From contig JBFMGU010000036.1 in assembly GCA_040752415.1 (NCBI GenBank), positions 1 to 55,286 of the forward strand: a DNA stretch of 55,286 nucleotides. Direction: 5' to 3'. The translations under genes were made by a program, and so were the position numbers. Under the pieces are notes generated by a model, which worked only from the letters and a program-made list of their open reading frames with translations, did not search any database and was not told the DNA's origin. Source of the stretch: Myxococcota bacterium (GTDB taxonomy: Bacteria > Myxococcota > JACRCW01). The number at the start of each line of letters is the position of its first letter. The stretch's first letter is position 1. Of this stretch, positions 10,059 to 20,040 are shown piece after piece.

Positions 10059-11809
10059 GCAAACCGTTGCGCGTCCTGTTGGTGGAGGACAATCCCGACG
10101 ACGCCGAGCTGCTGCTGCGCCAGCTCCGCAAAGCGGGCTACGACCCGCACTACCAGCGCGTGGACACTCCCGGCGGCATGAGCCACGCGCTGGGCAGCGA
10201 GATGTGGGACCTGGTCCTCAGCGACTATCACATGCCCACCTTCAGCGGATTTGCCGCCCTGAAGCTGCTGCAGGAGACGCGGCTGGACATCCCGTTCATC
10301 ATCGTCTCCGGGAACATTGGCGAGGAGACCGCGGTGGCCGCCATGAAGGCGGGCGCGCATGACTACATCATGAAGGACAACCTCACGCGGCTTGGTCCCA
10401 CCGTCGAGCGGGAGCTGCGCGAGGCGGTGATGCGCCGGGAGCGGCGACGCGCCGAGGAGACGGTCCGCTACCAGGCCTACTACGACATGCTCACCGGTCT
10501 CCCCAACCGCACGCTGCTGCACCAGCGCCTGCAGGAGGAGCTGATCCACGCGCAGGAACAACACGAGGCGCTCTCCCTGCTGGTGATGGACCTGGACCGC
10601 TTCAAGGAGGTCAACGCCACGCTGGGACACCACAACGGTGACCTGCTGCTGCAACAGGTGGGCACACGCGTGGCCAGCGTGCTGCGCGAGGGCGACATGG
10701 TGGTGCGGTTGGGCGGCGACGAGTTTGCCGCGCTGCTCACGCGCGTGGACGCCACCGAGGCGGCCCGCATGGCGCGGCTCATCCTGGAAGCGTTCCAGCC
10801 GTCCTTCCGCCTGGGCGCGTTCACCGTGGAGGTCTCGCCTTCCATTGGCGTTGCGGTGTTCCCGGAGCACGGGCGGGACGCGGATACCATGCTGCGTCGT
10901 GCCGACGTGGCGATGTACGTGGCCAAGCAGAGCGGCAGTGGCTTTGCCGTCTACGACCCGGAGCTGGACCCACACAGCCCGCGCCGGCTGGCGCTGGTGG
11001 GCAACCTGCGCCACGCCATCGAGGAGAACCAGCTCTTCCTAGTCTATCAGCCCAAGGTGGACCTGCACCTGCGGCGCGTGACGGGCGTGGAGGCCCTGGT
11101 GCGCTGGAACCACCCGGAGTTCCAGGTGGTGCCGCCCGACCAGTTCATCTCGCTGGCGGAACAGACCGGGCTCATCAAGCCGCTGACCATGTGGGTGCTG
11201 CGCCGGGCGCTGCAGCAGTGTCGCGAGTGGAAGGACCAGGGGCTGGACCTCTGCGTGGCGGTGAACGTCTCCGCGCGCAACCTGCAGTGTCCCACGCTCC
11301 CCGAGCAGGTGGCCGAGATCCTGGAGCAGACCGGCGTCCCCGCCGCCAACCTGGAGCTGGAGCTCACGGAGAGCAGCATCATGGCCGACCCGGTGCGCTC
11401 GCTGGAGATCCTGGGCCGGCTCAGCGCCATGGGCATCCGCCTGTCCATTGATGACTTCGGGACGGGTTACTCCTCTTTAGGGTACCTCAAGAAGCTGCCC
11501 GCGGACGCGGTGAAGATCGACAAGTCCTTTGTCTCGGACATGGTGCACACGCAGGATGACGAGGTCATTGTGCAGTCGACCATTGGCCTGGCGCACACGC
11601 TGGGGCTGGAAGTGATTGCGGAGGGCGTGGAGAACGCGGAGGTGTGTGAGCGCCTGGCGCAGCTGGATTGCGACGCGGCACAGGGTCACTTCATCAGCCG
11701 GCCCATTCCCGCGGGCGCGCTCATGGAGTGGATGCGGCATTCACCCATGGCCCGCGGCGTCATGCCATTCGTCCCGCAGGCGGACATGGGCTCGGCGGCG
11801 GTGGGGTGA
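10055..11809 (+). CDS. REC-GGDEF-EAL diguanylate cyclase/phosphodiesterase
   Basis: ATG at 10055 overlaps upstream stop; REC (VEDN, SDYHMP); RxxD I-site (REGD) before RLGGDEF; EALVRW, DDFGTGYSS, IAEGVE. Confidence 0.95.
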   Translation: MSKPLRVLLVEDNPDDAELLLRQLRKAGYDPHYQRVDTPGGMSHALGSEMWDLVLSDYHMPTFSGFAALKLLQETRLDIPFIIVSGNIGEETAVAAMKAGAHDYIMKDNLTRLGPTVERELREAVMRRERRRAEETVRYQAYYDMLTGLPNRTLLHQRLQEELIHAQEQHEALSLLVMDLDRFKEVNATLGHHNGDLLLQQVGTRVASVLREGDMVVRLGGDEFAALLTRVDATEAARMARLILEAFQPSFRLGAFTVEVSPSIGVAVFPEHGRDADTMLRRADVAMYVAKQSGSGFAVYDPELDPHSPRRLALVGNLRHAIEENQLFLVYQPKVDLHLRRVTGVEALVRWNHPEFQVVPPDQFISLAEQTGLIKPLTMWVLRRALQQCREWKDQGLDLCVAVNVSARNLQCPTLPEQVAEILEQTGVPAANLELELTESSIMADPVRSLEILGRLSAMGIRLSIDDFGTGYSSLGYLKKLPADAVKIDKSFVSDMVHTQDDEVIVQSTIGLAHTLGLEVIAEGVENAEVCERLAQLDCDAAQGHFISRPIPAGALMEWMRHSPMARGVMPFVPQADMGSAAVG

Positions 11810-11812
11810 CGC

Positions 11813-12409
11813 TCAGCTCCAGCCCAGCCGGATGAGCAGGTAGAACATCAGGATGCGCGGCACGCGAAACAGCGAGAGCACGGCGAAGAGCCGGTAGGGC
11901 ATCCCGCACAGTCCGGCGGCGTTGCACAGGGTGCTGTAGGGGAACGGCGTCACCGAGCCAATGGCCACGGCCCAGTAGCCGTAACGCGCGAACATGGGCT
12001 CCGCCTTGGCCCGCGCGCGGTCAATGAAGCGGTGCAGCGCACGCACCCGGTAGAGCTGTCCGGCAATGAGGTACGAGACGTTTCCGCCCACGATGGAGCC
12101 GATGGTGATGGCCGCCAGCGCGGGCACGGGCTCCCGCCCCGACGTCACGGTGGTGAGCATGTAGAACTGCGGCGGGATGGGGAAATGCACGCCGTCCGCC
12201 AGGAAGCTCCCCAGGAACATGCCGCCCACGCCGAAGTGCTCGACGAAGAGGCGGCCCAGCGTCTGGATCTCATCACGCAGCGCGGTGGCGGCGCCCCACA
12301 CCATGAGGAACAGGAGGAGCAGGCTGACCACGGTGCCAATCACAAGACGCCAGCCTCCCGGCGCTGCATCCGCGGTGGCCGCGGCCGACGGGAGCGCCGT
12401 CTCTTGCAT
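11813..12409 (-). CDS. DedA/VTT (SNARE-associated) membrane protein
   Basis: ATG at 12409 after GGAG; several TM segments; FPIPPQ, GSIVGGNVSYLIA, YGYWAVAIGSVTPFPY. Confidence 0.8.
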   Translation of the reverse strand: MQETALPSAAATADAAPGGWRLVIGTVVSLLLLFLMVWGAATALRDEIQTLGRLFVEHFGVGGMFLGSFLADGVHFPIPPQFYMLTTVTSGREPVPALAAITIGSIVGGNVSYLIAGQLYRVRALHRFIDRARAKAEPMFARYGYWAVAIGSVTPFPYSTLCNAAGLCGMPYRLFAVLSLFRVPRILMFYLLIRLGWS

Positions 12410-12492
12410 GGTCTCCGCACCCATTCCGCCGGATATAACCCCGCCCCGCGCCCCGGCAATCCCCATCTCCCGACGAGGACCGCTGTGGGCAA

Positions 12493-13047
12493 TCATGCGC
12501 GGCGGGCTGCGCCTGTGACGCGCAACGCGGCCTTGGACGGATGAAGCCGCGCGAGCTGCTGGAAGTACAACAGCTTGTGCGCGAAGCCGGGATACGCGGC
12601 ATTCCGGCCGCTGGGATTGGGCAGCACGAAGACCCTGGCGCCGGCGAACGTCTGGGGCTTCAGGCCGCATCCCGGCGTGGCCTGCGAGCCGAAGAGGAGC
12701 CGGTAGATGGACGCGCCCACCAGCGCCACGGTCTCCGGTTCCAGGCGACGGATGAGCCGCTCCAGGCGTGCCCGGCCCGCGAGCTGTTCCTCGCGCGTGA
12801 GCTCGTCGGCGGCGCGGGTGGGGCGGTCCACGAGATTGGTGAGCGCGAGGCCGTGACGGACCACCTGCGCGTCCTGTTCGAACGTCAGCGGCTCGGGGAT
12901 GAGCCCGGATGCGTGCATCAGCTTCCAGAAGGGGTTGCCCCGACCAGCATAGTGATGTTTTAGCGCGGCGGAACGTGGCGAAGGATTGATGCCCACGAAG
13001 AGGATGCGTGGGGAGGGACAGAGTCGGTCCGGAAGGAAGCGGCCCAT
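12493..13047 (-). CDS. mug: Mismatch-specific uracil DNA glycosylase (Mug/TDG family)
   Basis: LFVGINPS, HYAGRGNPFW, LTNLVDRPT, LPNPSGRN; ATG overlaps the ddl stop (TGATG). Confidence 0.9.
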   Translation of the reverse strand: MGRFLPDRLCPSPRILFVGINPSPRSAALKHHYAGRGNPFWKLMHASGLIPEPLTFEQDAQVVRHGLALTNLVDRPTRAADELTREEQLAGRARLERLIRRLEPETVALVGASIYRLLFGSQATPGCGLKPQTFAGARVFVLPNPSGRNAAYPGFAHKLLYFQQLARLHPSKAALRVTGAARRA

Positions 13048-14150
13048 CAGCTCCGTGACGACCTCAATGCGTGTCGGGCCGCGTGGTGCTCCTGCGCAAG
13101 CTCGACAAGACGGGTGACCAGCTCCGTGGCGCTCACGCCGGAGGCCTCCCAGAGCTTGGGGTACATGCTGATGGCGGTGAAGCCGGGCAGCGTGTTGATC
13201 TCGTTGACGAGATACCGACCGTCCGCGGTGCGGAAGAAGTCCACGCGTGCCATGCCGCTGCAATCCAGCACGCGGAAAGCCTGGATGGCAAGCTGCTGCA
13301 CCCGTTGCACCTCGTTGAAGGGAAGGAGCGCGGGAATCTCCAGCCGGGCGCCGTGCTCGTCCACGTACTTGGCTTCATACGAGTAGAACCCGTCCGCGTG
13401 GTCGACGACGATCTCGCCGGGAACCGAGGCGATGGGGTCGTCATTGCCGAGCACGGACACCTCGATCTCGCGCGCGGAGGCCACCGCGGCTTCCGCCAGC
13501 GCCTTCGTGTCGAACTCGAAAGCGTGACGAAGCGCATCCTCCAGCGCGGACGCATCCGGCACCCGTCTCACCCCGACGGAGGAGCCCATGTTGGCGGGCT
13601 TGGTGAACAACGGGAAGCCCAGCTCGGCGGCGCGCGCGCAGGTGGGCCGCGGGTCACGAACGAAGTCCGACTTTCGGAGGGTGCGGAACTCGACCACTGG
13701 AACTCCCGCCTCCCGGAGCAGACGCTTCTGCGCGTCCTTGTCCATCCCCAGCGCCGAGCCCAGCACGCCCGCGCCCACGTACGGAATGTCCGCCAGCTCC
13801 AACAGTCCCTGCACCGTGCCGTCCTCACCCATGGGACCATGCAGGATGGGGAAGATGACGTCGACACGCTGGTCCTGCGGCAGCGGTCTCAACGTTCCAC
13901 CCGTGGGCCTGGGCTCCAGCGCCACGGTGGCGGAATTCTCCTGCACGCGCGCCAGGCGGGGATCACGCGGAGCGTCGAGCACCAGCGCTTCCTTCTGCAG
14001 GAGCCACCTCCCTTCGCGGGAGATGCCGATGAGGACGGGCTCGAAGCGCGTGCGGTCGAGGGCGGCGAGGACGTTGCGTGCGGAGAGGACGGAGATTTCA
14101 TGCTCGGCGGAGCGGCCACCGAAGAGGATTCCAACCCGGACCTTGGTCAT
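13047..14150 (-). CDS. ddl: D-alanine--D-alanine ligase (DdlA-like)
   Basis: FGGRSAEHEIS, LHGPMGEDGTVQG, KPANMGSSVG, FYSYEAKY, NEINTLPGFT. Confidence 0.97.
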   Translation of the reverse strand: MTKVRVGILFGGRSAEHEISVLSARNVLAALDRTRFEPVLIGISREGRWLLQKEALVLDAPRDPRLARVQENSATVALEPRPTGGTLRPLPQDQRVDVIFPILHGPMGEDGTVQGLLELADIPYVGAGVLGSALGMDKDAQKRLLREAGVPVVEFRTLRKSDFVRDPRPTCARAAELGFPLFTKPANMGSSVGVRRVPDASALEDALRHAFEFDTKALAEAAVASAREIEVSVLGNDDPIASVPGEIVVDHADGFYSYEAKYVDEHGARLEIPALLPFNEVQRVQQLAIQAFRVLDCSGMARVDFFRTADGRYLVNEINTLPGFTAISMYPKLWEASGVSATELVTRLVELAQEHHAARHALRSSRS

Positions 14151-14258
14151 GCTGCATCAACAAACGTTCCCGCGCGTCCATGCCACTGGACCCGGTGCCG
14201 CGGCCCCGAGGATCCGTCCGGATTGACCCCCATGCCCACGCGATTCATGCTCACGACC

Positions 14259-14756
14259 ATGGCACTGCAGAAACGTCTCCTCCTCCTGGCCACGACGCTG
14301 GCCACCTCGGCGTTCAGCCTCTCCGCACCACCCACGCTGTCCGAGCTGGCGCGCGGCTCCAGTCACATCTGCACCGGGACCGTGACCGCGCAACGCACCG
14401 GGTGGGATGCACGTCGCCAGCTCATCCTCACCACCACCGAGCTGCACGTGGACCGCTGCGTGAAGGGCGCCGGACCACGCATCACGATCACCGAGGTGGG
14501 CGGCACCGTCGAGGGCACCACGCTGAACAACCCGGGCCAGGCGCACTACCGCGAAGGGCAGAGCTACCTGGTGTTCCTCACGTCGCGGGAGACGGGTGGG
14601 CTGCGCACGTATCACGGGCCGCTCGGCAACGTACCGGTGCGTGACGTCGGAAACTCGCGTCAGCTCACGCGCCCGGTGGTGCTGGAGGGGCGGGAGCTGC
14701 GGAGCGTGGATGAGGTGCTGCAGGCCGCGGAGCTGCTGACGGAGCGTGCGCGATGA
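14259..14756 (+). CDS. Secreted hypothetical protein coupled to the downstream metalloprotease
   Basis: Signal peptide MALQKRLLLLATTLATSAFS; LSELA...TGTV...GGTVEG...PG...GQSYLVFL pattern; ATGA overlap with next gene. Confidence 0.75.
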   Translation: MALQKRLLLLATTLATSAFSLSAPPTLSELARGSSHICTGTVTAQRTGWDARRQLILTTTELHVDRCVKGAGPRITITEVGGTVEGTTLNNPGQAHYREGQSYLVFLTSRETGGLRTYHGPLGNVPVRDVGNSRQLTRPVVLEGRELRSVDEVLQAAELLTERAR

Positions 14757-16519
14757 AGCGGTTGACGACGACGTTGGCGCTCCTGGCGGTGCCGTCCCTG
14801 GTGTGGGCCTACGCGTTCGAGGAGCCGGATGAGACGCCGCGCTATCACCCGCGCTGGGCGGACAATGCCGTGGTGGATTTCACCCTGGGGTCCGAGACGC
14901 CTTCCAACGTCTCCGGCGCGTTGAACGTGTCTTCCGCCCTGCAACGCGGTCTCGACGCGTGGAGCGAGCCAACCGGCATCACCGCGACGCTGACACCGGG
15001 TGGCGCCGGGCTGCAGTTGGGTGAGGACGGCGAGAGCGTGATCACGTTCGCGGACACGGCCACCAACCGGGACATCGTGGGGGAGTTCCACGCCATGACG
15101 CTGACGTGGTGGAGCGGCGGCATCATGACGGAAGTGGACATGTCGTTCCGCACCTGGGCCACCAGCGACGAGGTCACCTGGGGTGATGGCAACGTGACGG
15201 GTGCCATTGACCTCGCCTCGCTCACCGCGCACGAGTTTGGCCACGGACTCGGGTTGGAGCACTCCGGTATCCAGAGCGCCACGATGTTCCCCTATGGGGG
15301 ACCGGGCCAGGTGTGGCGTCGGACCCTGGAGTGGGATGACCTCCTGGGCGCGCGCGAGCTCTATGCGCGGCTTATTCCCGGCGGCGCCCAGCTCAACGGG
15401 AGCATCACCCGGAACGGGCAGGATGTCTTTGGTGCGCACGTCGTGGCGGAACAGGACGGTCGGCCGGTGGCGAGCACGTTCACGCTGCAGGATGGGACCT
15501 ATGCCTTTGCCGCGCTTCCGCCGGGAGACTATCAGGTCTATGCGGAGCCTATTGACGGCCCCATGTCCGAGATAGACCTCACCAACGGCATCTGGGAGAA
15601 TCTGGTCAACAGCGCCTTCGCCACGACGTATGCCAGTGGTGACGTCACTTTGACCACGGGACAGAGCCGCACCGTGGACATCGACACCGCCACGGGCGGG
15701 TCCTTCAACCTGCGCTTCATCATGCCCAGCAACGACGGGGTCAGCTTCGCGGGGCGCGGGCCGTGGCCGATCTCGCTCGCGCCGGGGGAGGGCGGGTACA
15801 TCGCCATCGTCGGCGACGGGGTGGACCAGGTTGCGGACAACGGGTTCACCGCCGGCGACGGCATCACGCTGGGGACGGTGAATTCGCGGGGCTACAACAC
15901 GCAGAACATTCCCTACGCGATTGTGCCCTACCAGGTGGACGCCGCCGCGGAACCGGGTCCCCGCACCATCTCGGTGTCCGCCAACGGCGCGCAGGGGCGC
16001 ATGACGGGAAGCCTGGATGTCTCCGACTGCAGCGAGCTCGGTGGCAATGATCCCGACGGCGACGGCCTGTGCGGCGACGACAACTGCCCCGCCGAGACGA
16101 ACCCCACCCAGCTCGATGAGGACGGCGACCTGGTGGGTGACGTGTGCGACGCGTGCCCGGGCGAAGCGGGAGACCAGGATGGGTGTCCCGGGTCGTCCAG
16201 CTCGTCCAGCGGGGGAGCGGCTTCGTCGTCGTCATCGTCGTCGGGAAGCGCCAGCAGCTCAGCGGGCGGCACGGGGAGCAGCAGCACCAGCGGTGGCGCT
16301 GGCAGCTCGTCCTCGGGGGAGGGTGGCAGCAGCTCCTCGGGGGAGCCGGGCAGCGCCGGAGATGGCGACGACAACACCGGATGCTCTTGCGGCGTGCCCG
16401 GAGCGGATGTTCGCGCGGAGCTCGGCGTCCTCCTGCTGGGCGCGTTGTTGGTTGCGCGACGACGTCAGCCGCTCCGGTCCTCCGGCGTGCGTCCCAGCAA
16501 TCCGCAGCAGAGGACGTAA
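14753..16519 (+). CDS. Matrixin-like (metzincin) metalloprotease with beta-sandwich domains, TSP3-like repeats and MYXO-CTERM-like anchor
   Basis: Signal peptide; HEFGHGLGLEH zinc motif with ATMFP Met-turn; DNCP...DEDGDLVGDVCD; poly-Ser linker; GCSC...LLLGALLVARRR. Confidence 0.9.
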   Translation: MKRLTTTLALLAVPSLVWAYAFEEPDETPRYHPRWADNAVVDFTLGSETPSNVSGALNVSSALQRGLDAWSEPTGITATLTPGGAGLQLGEDGESVITFADTATNRDIVGEFHAMTLTWWSGGIMTEVDMSFRTWATSDEVTWGDGNVTGAIDLASLTAHEFGHGLGLEHSGIQSATMFPYGGPGQVWRRTLEWDDLLGARELYARLIPGGAQLNGSITRNGQDVFGAHVVAEQDGRPVASTFTLQDGTYAFAALPPGDYQVYAEPIDGPMSEIDLTNGIWENLVNSAFATTYASGDVTLTTGQSRTVDIDTATGGSFNLRFIMPSNDGVSFAGRGPWPISLAPGEGGYIAIVGDGVDQVADNGFTAGDGITLGTVNSRGYNTQNIPYAIVPYQVDAAAEPGPRTISVSANGAQGRMTGSLDVSDCSELGGNDPDGDGLCGDDNCPAETNPTQLDEDGDLVGDVCDACPGEAGDQDGCPGSSSSSSGGAASSSSSSSGSASSSAGGTGSSSTSGGAGSSSSGEGGSSSSGEPGSAGDGDDNTGCSCGVPGADVRAELGVLLLGALLVARRRQPLRSSGVRPSNPQQRT

Positions 16520-17517
16520 CGCACGTAGCGGGCGGCATCCCGGTTGGGAAACGCGCCGAACCGGATGCGGATGCCATCACCCGCGAAGGTCACCGTCCAG
16601 CTTGCCCGTTGCTCCACGTGCACGCTCTCCACGTGTGATGACGGAATGGTGCGACGGAACCGCAGGTGTCCCGCGACGAGCCACGCGCGCGAGAGGCCTT
16701 CCGGCGCGGCCTCCACCTCCATCCGCACCGCCCAGCTCAACACCCACCCGACGATGATGCACGCCGTTCCCCCCAGTCCGACGAGCAAGAAGGGTTGGAC
16801 GAACTTGCCGTCATCGAGCGCGTAGGTGCCCACGCACAACAGGTCCATGACCCACAGGATGATGAACCCGACGACGACGCCAGCCAGCGTCCAGCCTTCC
16901 TTGCGAACCCGATAGCCGCCGGAAGCCGTGCGCTCGAGCGTGGCGTGCAGCTCACGGACCCGACGCACCGGAGCAATGGGCCGGTTGGCAAACCGTTCAG
17001 CCAGCGACGTGTCCAGCTCCTCGCACGCACGTTTCTCGACGGAAGCGCCGCCGGGCGCACGCCACTCCATGCCCCAACGTCCGAAACGGCAAAGGGCTTC
17101 AGCGAAGTCCCGCGCCGCGATGTCGTCGTGACAGAGCTCCACCAGCACCGTGGCCTCGCGTCCCAGCTGGTGCATCACCTGGTAGGTTGGCGCCGTGTTC
17201 TTGTCCCGCGGTGGCTCGCCAACCACAACGACGACGCCCTTCCCGACGGGCAGCGGAGTGTGCGCGGCACCGGTGATGGCGTGACCTTCGCGACGGAGCC
17301 GTACGCGAGGTGTTGCCACGAATCGCCCCACCAGGAACGCAGGCAGCAGGGCCACGAGCATGGCCGTGAAGTTGAAGTCAACGCGCGAGCTTCCGAGCAT
17401 TCCCACCAGCAGGCCCACGAACGCCACCACGAATCCGATGAAGAGACAGAGCATGGCCAGGTAGCGCAGCCCGCGCCTTCCGCCTGGTTCCTGCAACACC
17501 AGTCTCTCGCCATCCAT
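16465..17517 (-). CDS. Hypothetical membrane protein (about 4 TM)
   Basis: 350-aa ORF with two hydrophobic hairpins; 3' end overlaps the convergent gene by 55 bp. Confidence 0.65.
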   Translation of the reverse strand: MDGERLVLQEPGGRRGLRYLAMLCLFIGFVVAFVGLLVGMLGSSRVDFNFTAMLVALLPAFLVGRFVATPRVRLRREGHAITGAAHTPLPVGKGVVVVVGEPPRDKNTAPTYQVMHQLGREATVLVELCHDDIAARDFAEALCRFGRWGMEWRAPGGASVEKRACEELDTSLAERFANRPIAPVRRVRELHATLERTASGGYRVRKEGWTLAGVVVGFIILWVMDLLCVGTYALDDGKFVQPFLLVGLGGTACIIVGWVLSWAVRMEVEAAPEGLSRAWLVAGHLRFRRTIPSSHVESVHVEQRASWTVTFAGDGIRIRFGAFPNRDAARYVRYVLCCGLLGRTPEDRSG

Positions 17518-17561
17518 GACGTCGACGAGGCTAGTCCACGTGCACGCGCGCGGGCGAGGAC

Positions 17562-19886
17562 TCAGTGGCCGGGCAGGAGGCTCATGAGCGCCGCGCTGAC
17601 GCGTTCACCCGGCCCCGCGGTGAGCGACCAGAGGCTGGGCTGCCGCAGCACGTGCAGCGGGCCCTGCAGGTCCACCACCTCGTAATCCGTGTGGCCGCTC
17701 GCGTCGCGATGGAAGCGGATGGTGGCAACGCCTTCTCCGACCCGCAGACCTTCCACGGTGATCTCCGGCAGCCACTCCGGGAGATGCGGATCCACCAGGA
17801 GCATGCGCAGCGGTGCGTAGGGGTAGATCCCCAGCAGCGACTGCAACAGGCAGAACAACGACGACGCGCTCCACGCCTGCGGTGAGTTGGCCTGCGGATA
17901 GAGCGCGGGGAACGGGTGCTCACGACAGCGCGGGTGACCGCTGTACAGCTCCGGGAGTCGCAGGTGCGGGAAGAGCGTGGTGGACTCGAACTGCACGCGA
18001 CACAGCAGCTGCATCTGCGGGTGCAAACCGTAGCGCATCAGGCCCATGGCAAAAGTGCCCTGCTCGACGGGCCAGATGGAGCCGCGGTGGTAGCTGTATG
18101 GATTGTACGCGGGATGCTCCGACGACAACGTGCGGATGCCCCAACCGGAAAACAGGTCCTCGGCGAAGAGTCGCCGCGCAACGTCCGGCACCAGCGCGTC
18201 GTCGACAATCCCGGTGGCCAGGCAATGGCCCGCGTTGCTGCCGAGCGAACGGATGGGCTCCTTGTGGTGGTCGAGGCCCATGGCGAACGAGTGCAGGTCG
18301 TCGAGCCAGAAGCGGTCATTGAAGCGCTTCTTCAGCTCGGTGGCGTCGTGGAAGAAGCGGCGCGCCAGGGTCTTCTCACCAAACCACCACAGCAGCTCGG
18401 AGAGGTGCAGCTTGGCCACGTACGCGAAACCCTGCTCCTCACACGTCGCCACCGGCGTGCGCACCGGGCGACCATCCTCGTGTACCAGCGCGTCCTCGCT
18501 GTCCTTCCAGCCCTGGTGCAGCACGCCCAGCGGAGAGCGCGTCTGGTATTCGTAGAAACCATCTCCGTCGAGGTCGCCGTGATCATCCAGCCAGCGCAGC
18601 GAGCGCAGCGCAGGTTCCAGCAGCGGGGCCACGAGCGCGCGGTCCCCGGTCCAGTGCCACAGCTCACTGAGCGCCACCGGGTAGAAGGTGCTGGTGGTCA
18701 GCGAGCCGTAGTAGCGACGGCGCGGGACGATGTTGAGCATGGCCAGCGGCCCGCTGTGCGCTTCATGCAGCATGCGCCCGGGTTGCTCGTCGCGCCAGTC
18801 ATTGAATTGTCGACCCTGCCAACGCGCCAGCTCGAGCAGCGTGCCCCGCAACAGGTCCGGGCTCACCGTGGCGGCTTGCCAGCTCGCCGTCAGCGTGTCG
18901 CGGCCGAACAACGCCACGTACATGGGCAGGCCCGCGGCCACCGTCCAGGCGCGCTCATGGTGGTCCAGGTCATAGAGCCGCAACGCGGCCAGGTCATGCT
19001 TGGCGCGCTCCAACGCCTGCAGCACCACGGGTGTCAGGGTGGCCGCGTCGGGTGAGGAGAAACGCGTGGCGTCGACGAGGAAGACCTGGCGGCGACGATC
19101 CTGCTCCGCTTCCAGCTCACCGAATGCGCGGCAGCCGTAGGTGGGTTGCATCATCCGGTCGCCGAGGCGCGGCTTGAGCTCCACGCAGGTGTGCCAGCGC
19201 CCCCGCGGAGGAAGATGCACCAGGAAGGTGACGAGGTGGTTGAAGCGCTGCGGCGGGGAATCCGCGTCGTGGATGCAGATGGTGAGCCCGCGGTCCAGCT
19301 CCTCCACGCCGGACTCCCCGGGATGCGAGAAGTGGTGCTCCGCGTGGTAGCGCAGCGTCAGCTCCCAACTGCGCGCGGCCACGCGTTGCCACTGCTCCGT
19401 GATGCGTCCGTACTGCAGGCGACGATCCCGCGTCTCCAGCTGGTCGGCGAAGTCCGCGTCGAACTCCAGGTTGAGATGGAAGGTGGTGGCGCGCTGCGAG
19501 TAGTTGGTGAGATCCACGTCCTCGTGCACGCCGCCTCCAACGACGCGGGAGATGCGCAGCTCCAGCGTGTCCCGCGTGTCCGGCGCCACCTGGCCGCTGC
19601 CGATGTCGGGTGGGCCGGGGGGGAGGCCGGGCGGGAGCGTGATGTAGTAGCCGAGCATGGAGTGCTGCTCGACGGTGGAGACCGCGGAGACGCGTGGCAC
19701 GTCGCCGTTGATGAGGTAGCGGTAGCGGGAGAGCAGGCGCGTCTGGTGGACGAACAGCCCGTGCTCGACGCCGTCGAGGATGAACCCGTCCATGCCCGTG
19801 GCCATCACGCAGCGGCCCTGGCTGATGTGGAGCGTGTCCGGACGCGGCTGCAGACGGATGAGATGGCGGGCGGAGAGCGACGTCAT
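17562..19886 (-). CDS. Amylo-alpha-1,6-glucosidase / glycogen debranching enzyme family
   Basis: ATG at 19886 after GGAAGG; AAGLPMYVALFGRD, QGWKDSED, SGWGIRTLS, YNPYSYHRGSIWP, RLPELYSG, PQAWSA. Confidence 0.92.
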   Translation of the reverse strand: MTSLSARHLIRLQPRPDTLHISQGRCVMATGMDGFILDGVEHGLFVHQTRLLSRYRYLINGDVPRVSAVSTVEQHSMLGYYITLPPGLPPGPPDIGSGQVAPDTRDTLELRISRVVGGGVHEDVDLTNYSQRATTFHLNLEFDADFADQLETRDRRLQYGRITEQWQRVAARSWELTLRYHAEHHFSHPGESGVEELDRGLTICIHDADSPPQRFNHLVTFLVHLPPRGRWHTCVELKPRLGDRMMQPTYGCRAFGELEAEQDRRRQVFLVDATRFSSPDAATLTPVVLQALERAKHDLAALRLYDLDHHERAWTVAAGLPMYVALFGRDTLTASWQAATVSPDLLRGTLLELARWQGRQFNDWRDEQPGRMLHEAHSGPLAMLNIVPRRRYYGSLTTSTFYPVALSELWHWTGDRALVAPLLEPALRSLRWLDDHGDLDGDGFYEYQTRSPLGVLHQGWKDSEDALVHEDGRPVRTPVATCEEQGFAYVAKLHLSELLWWFGEKTLARRFFHDATELKKRFNDRFWLDDLHSFAMGLDHHKEPIRSLGSNAGHCLATGIVDDALVPDVARRLFAEDLFSGWGIRTLSSEHPAYNPYSYHRGSIWPVEQGTFAMGLMRYGLHPQMQLLCRVQFESTTLFPHLRLPELYSGHPRCREHPFPALYPQANSPQAWSASSLFCLLQSLLGIYPYAPLRMLLVDPHLPEWLPEITVEGLRVGEGVATIRFHRDASGHTDYEVVDLQGPLHVLRQPSLWSLTAGPGERVSAALMSLLPGH

Positions 19887-20040
19887 CCGGGCACCTTCCC
19901 AGCGGGACATGACGGTGACCTGCAACGACGAGCGCTGCCGTGTGAGCCCCCGCTCGTCGTGCGGATGTTCCCGGACGCCAGGAAGAGCCGCGTGGGGGAT
20001 ATACTGGGCTGACGGGACGCGCGCCGTCGGGAATCGCCAC

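Noticed and set aside
13047..14150. Possible VanA-type D-Ala-D-Lac ligase
   Set aside because: Omega-loop FYSYEAKY and SMYPKLW are DdlA-like, and there are no vanH/vanX neighbours
16465..16519. 55-bp overlap of convergent genes
   Set aside because: Short 3' overlaps are common in GC-rich genomes where stop codons are rare
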